A DNA stretch of 64,000 bases, taken from Bugula neritina. Its lineage: Eukaryota > Animalia > Bryozoa. Numbering within the stretch: position 1 is the stretch's first letter; every line of letters starts with the position of its first letter. The notes under the pieces are model-generated. The model did not search any database and was not told the origin of the DNA. It saw nothing but the letters and a program-made list of their open reading frames with translations. The translations under genes were made by a program, and so were the position numbers. The DNA lies in the NCBI GenBank assembly GCA_964035545.1, contig OZ037767.1, positions 18,258,259 to 18,322,258 on the forward strand, read 5' to 3'. Below, piece by piece: positions 60,423 to 64,000 of the stretch.

Positions 60423-63400
60423 ATGCTACAACATATTGAAATACACTGCAACACATCAAAATATACTGCAACATACCGAAATATACGGTAATAAACTGAA
60501 ATATACTGTAACACATTGAAAAAAACTGCAACATAATGAAATATAATGCAAGATACTGCAACATACTGAAAAACACTGTAACATACTGAAATACACTGTA
60601 ACATACTGAAATACACTGCAACATACTGCATTATACTGACATACACTGGAACATACTGAAATACACTGCAAGAAATTGAAGTATACTGCAACACACTGAA
60701 ACATACGGCAACATACTGAAAAGTACTGCAACAGATTGAAATATACTGCAACATACTGAAATATGCTGTAGCATTCTGAAATACATTCCAATACACTGAA
60801 GTATACTGTAGTATACAGAAACGTACTGTAACATACTGAAACATACGTCAACATACTGAAATGTACTGCAACATACTGAAATATACCGCAGCAAACTGAA
60901 ATTCATGGTAACAAACTGAAATATGTTGCAAACTACTACAATAAGCGGCAACATACCGAAAAACACTGCAACTGTGCAACATAATGAAATATACTGCAAA
61001 AAATACTGAAATGTACTGCAACAACTTAAAAGTTACTGGATGATGCTGAAACATACTCAAACACACTGAAATAAACTGCAAATTACTGAAAGATACTGTA
61101 ACATACTGAAACATACTGCAACACACTGAAGTATTCTGCAACATACCTAAATATACTGCAACATACTGCAACATACTGAAATATACTGTAACATACTGAA
61201 AAACACTGCAACATACTGCAACATACTGCAACATACTGAATTACACTGTGACATACTGGAATACACTGCAACACATTGAAACATACTGCAACACACTGAA
61301 ACATACTTCAACATACTGAAATATACTGCCAGATAACGAAGTATATCGTAATATACGGACATGTACTGTAACATACTGAAACATATTGAAACATACTGAA
61401 ACATACTAAAATATACTGAAACACACCAAAACATACTGCAACATAATGAAATATACTGTAACACACTGAAATAAATGGCAAACTACTGAATTATGTTGTA
61501 ACATACTGAAAAATACTGCAACCTACTGAAATTTACTGTAACACATTGAAAAACACTGCAACATACTAAAATATACTGCAAGATGCTGCAACATACTGAA
61601 ATACACTGTAACATACTGAAATACACTGCAACATACTACAACATATTGAAATACACTGTAACATATTGAAATAAACTGCAACATTTCGAAATATATGGTA
61701 ACTACTGAAATATACTGCAACATACTGCAACATACTGCAACATACTGAAATACACTGTAGCATATTGAAATACACTGCAACACAGTGAAATATACTGCAA
61801 CACACTTAAACATCTGACAACATACTGAAATATTATGCGAGACATTGAAATATACTGCAACATAGTGAAATATGCTGTAACATACTGAAATATACCGCAA
61901 TAGATCGAAGTATATCGTAATATACGGACATGTACTGTAACATACTGCAACATACTGAAATATGCTGTAGCATTCTGAAATACATTCCAACACACTGAAG
62001 TATACTGTAATATACAGAAACGTACTGTAACATACTGAAACATACTGCAACATACTGAAATGTACTGCAACATACTACAACATACTGAAACATACTGAAA
62101 CATACCGAAATATACTGCAACATACTGAAATATACTTCAACATACTGATATATACTGCAGCATACTGCAACACACGGAAACTTGCTGTAACATATTGAAA
62201 TGCACTGCAACATACTGAAATACACTGCAATATACCTAAATATATGGTAATATACTGAAATATACCGTAACTTATTGAAAAACAATGCAACATACAGAAA
62301 TATACTGTAACACATTGAAATATACTGCAACATACTGAAATATACTGTAACATACTGAAACATACTGCAACACACTGAAGTATACTGCAACATACCTAAA
62401 TAAACTGCAAGATACTGCAACATACTGAAATATACTGTAACATATTGAAATACACTGCAACATACTGCAACATACTGCAACATTTTGAATTACATTGTGA
62501 CATACTGAAATACACTGCAACACATTGAAACATACTGCAACACACTGAAACATACTTCAACATACTGAAATATACTGCAAGATATCGAAGTATATCGTAA
62601 TATACGGACATGTACTGTAACATACTAAAACATACTGAAACATACTGAAACATACTGAAACATACTGAAACATACTAAAACATACTGGAACATACCGAAA
62701 CATACTGCAACATAATGAAATATACTGTAACACACTGAATTATATGGCAAAATACTGAATTATGTTGTAGCATACTGAAACACATTGCAACATACTGAAA
62801 TATACTTCAACATACTGAAATGTACTGCAACATACTGCAACAGGCGGAAATTTGCTGTAACATATTGAAATGCACTGCAACATACTGAAATACACTGCAA
62901 CATACCTAAATATACGGTATCATATTGAAATATACTGCAACACATTGAAATATACTGCAACATACTGATATACGCTGTAGGACACTGAAAAACAGTGCAA
63001 CTCATTGAAATATAGTGTAATATACGGAAATGTACTGTAACATACTGAAATATACCGCAACATACTGAAATACACGGTAACATACTGAAATATACTGCAA
63101 CATACTGAAATACACTGTTACATACTGAAATATACTGCAACATACTGCAACATACTGAAATACACTGTAACACACTGAAATACACTGCAACATACTACAA
63201 CATATTGAAATACACTGCAACACATCAAAATATACTGCAACATACTGCAACATACTGAATTACACTGTGACATACTGAAATACACTGCAACACATTGAAA
63301 TATACTGCAACAGACTGAAACATACTTCAACATACTGAAATATACTGCAAGATATCGAAATATATTGTAATATACGGACATGTACTGTAACATACTGAAA

Positions 63401-64000
63401 CATACTGAAACATACTAAAACATACTAAAATATACCGGAACATACCGAAAAATACTGCAACATACTGAAATATACTGTAACGCACTGAATTATATGGCAA
63501 AATACTGAATTATGTTGTAACATACTGAAACATACTGCAACATACTGAAAGATACTTCAACATACTGTAATATACTGAAATATATCGTAACATAATGAAA
63601 CATACTGTTACATACTGGAATATATTGTAACATGATTGAAATATATTGTAACAAACTGAAATATACTGTGACATACTGAAATAGGATGCAATTGACTGTT
63701 ATATACTGCAACATACTTAAATATTTTGCAATATACTGAAAGATACTGGAACATACTGAATTTTACTGCAACATACTGATATATACTGCAACACAGTGAT
63801 ATATACTGTAAAAAACTGAATTAAACTGTAACATGCTGAAATATACTGTAACAAACTGAAATGTACTGCAGATTCTGTAATAATTTGCTGCATACTAATA
63901 TATACTGCAACATACTGAATTATACTGCTACATACGTAATATACGGTAACACACCAACATATTATACCGTAACCTGTAGAAACATGTTGTGACATATTGA
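60420..64000 (+). repeat. 10-bp/20-bp satellite array, segment 4 (diverged; runs off window end)
   Basis: Satellite resumes as aacatgctacaacatattg after the (AAAC)5 tail. Confidence 0.98.

Noticed and set aside
207-63995. Hundreds of minus-strand ORFs (MLQYISVCCSIFQYVAVYFS-like) as protein-coding genes
   Set aside because: They overlap in all three frames with the same periodic peptide, as expected for a 10-bp repeat whose minus-strand consensus has no stop codon. No domains or gene structure are present.
1-64000. CRISPR array or other repeat-spacer system
   Set aside because: No unique spacers lie between repeats, no cas genes are present, and the embedded mobile elements are eukaryotic types.

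Overview
Eukaryotic heterochromatin-type window with no host genes. About 94% is one head-to-tail, strand-asymmetric, AT-rich satellite. Its 10-bp monomer (ACTG[A/C/T]AA[T/C]A[T/C]) alternates as a 20-bp dimer (ACTGAAATAY + ACTGYAACAT) and is organised into few-hundred-bp modules and kb-scale higher-order repeats (HORs). The left half (1 to ~32.2 kb) is a near-identical, phase-locked HOR domain, with offsets of 1170, 3749, 3870, 5279, 7287 and 9880 bp read from identical ORF-track peptides. The right half is dominated by a more diverged subfamily with many phase-shifting indels. Three insertions interrupt the array. (1) A young 5'-truncated CR1/L2-group LINE with an open RT frame at 15876-17470. 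(2) A 756-bp non-autonomous CAC...GTG TIR transposon with a 2-bp TSD, probably CMC/EnSpm-like, at 49108-49863. (3) An older, mutated sister-family LINE at 58969-60422. The best lead is the LINE pair: two divergent families share a 3'-UTR hairpin and an (AAAC)n tail, and both inserted in the same orientation with the tail fused at the satellite AC|AT step. This may indicate satellite-directed retrotransposition, but it rests on only two insertions. The hundreds of minus-strand ORFs are translation artefacts of the repeat. All comparisons were made by eye.
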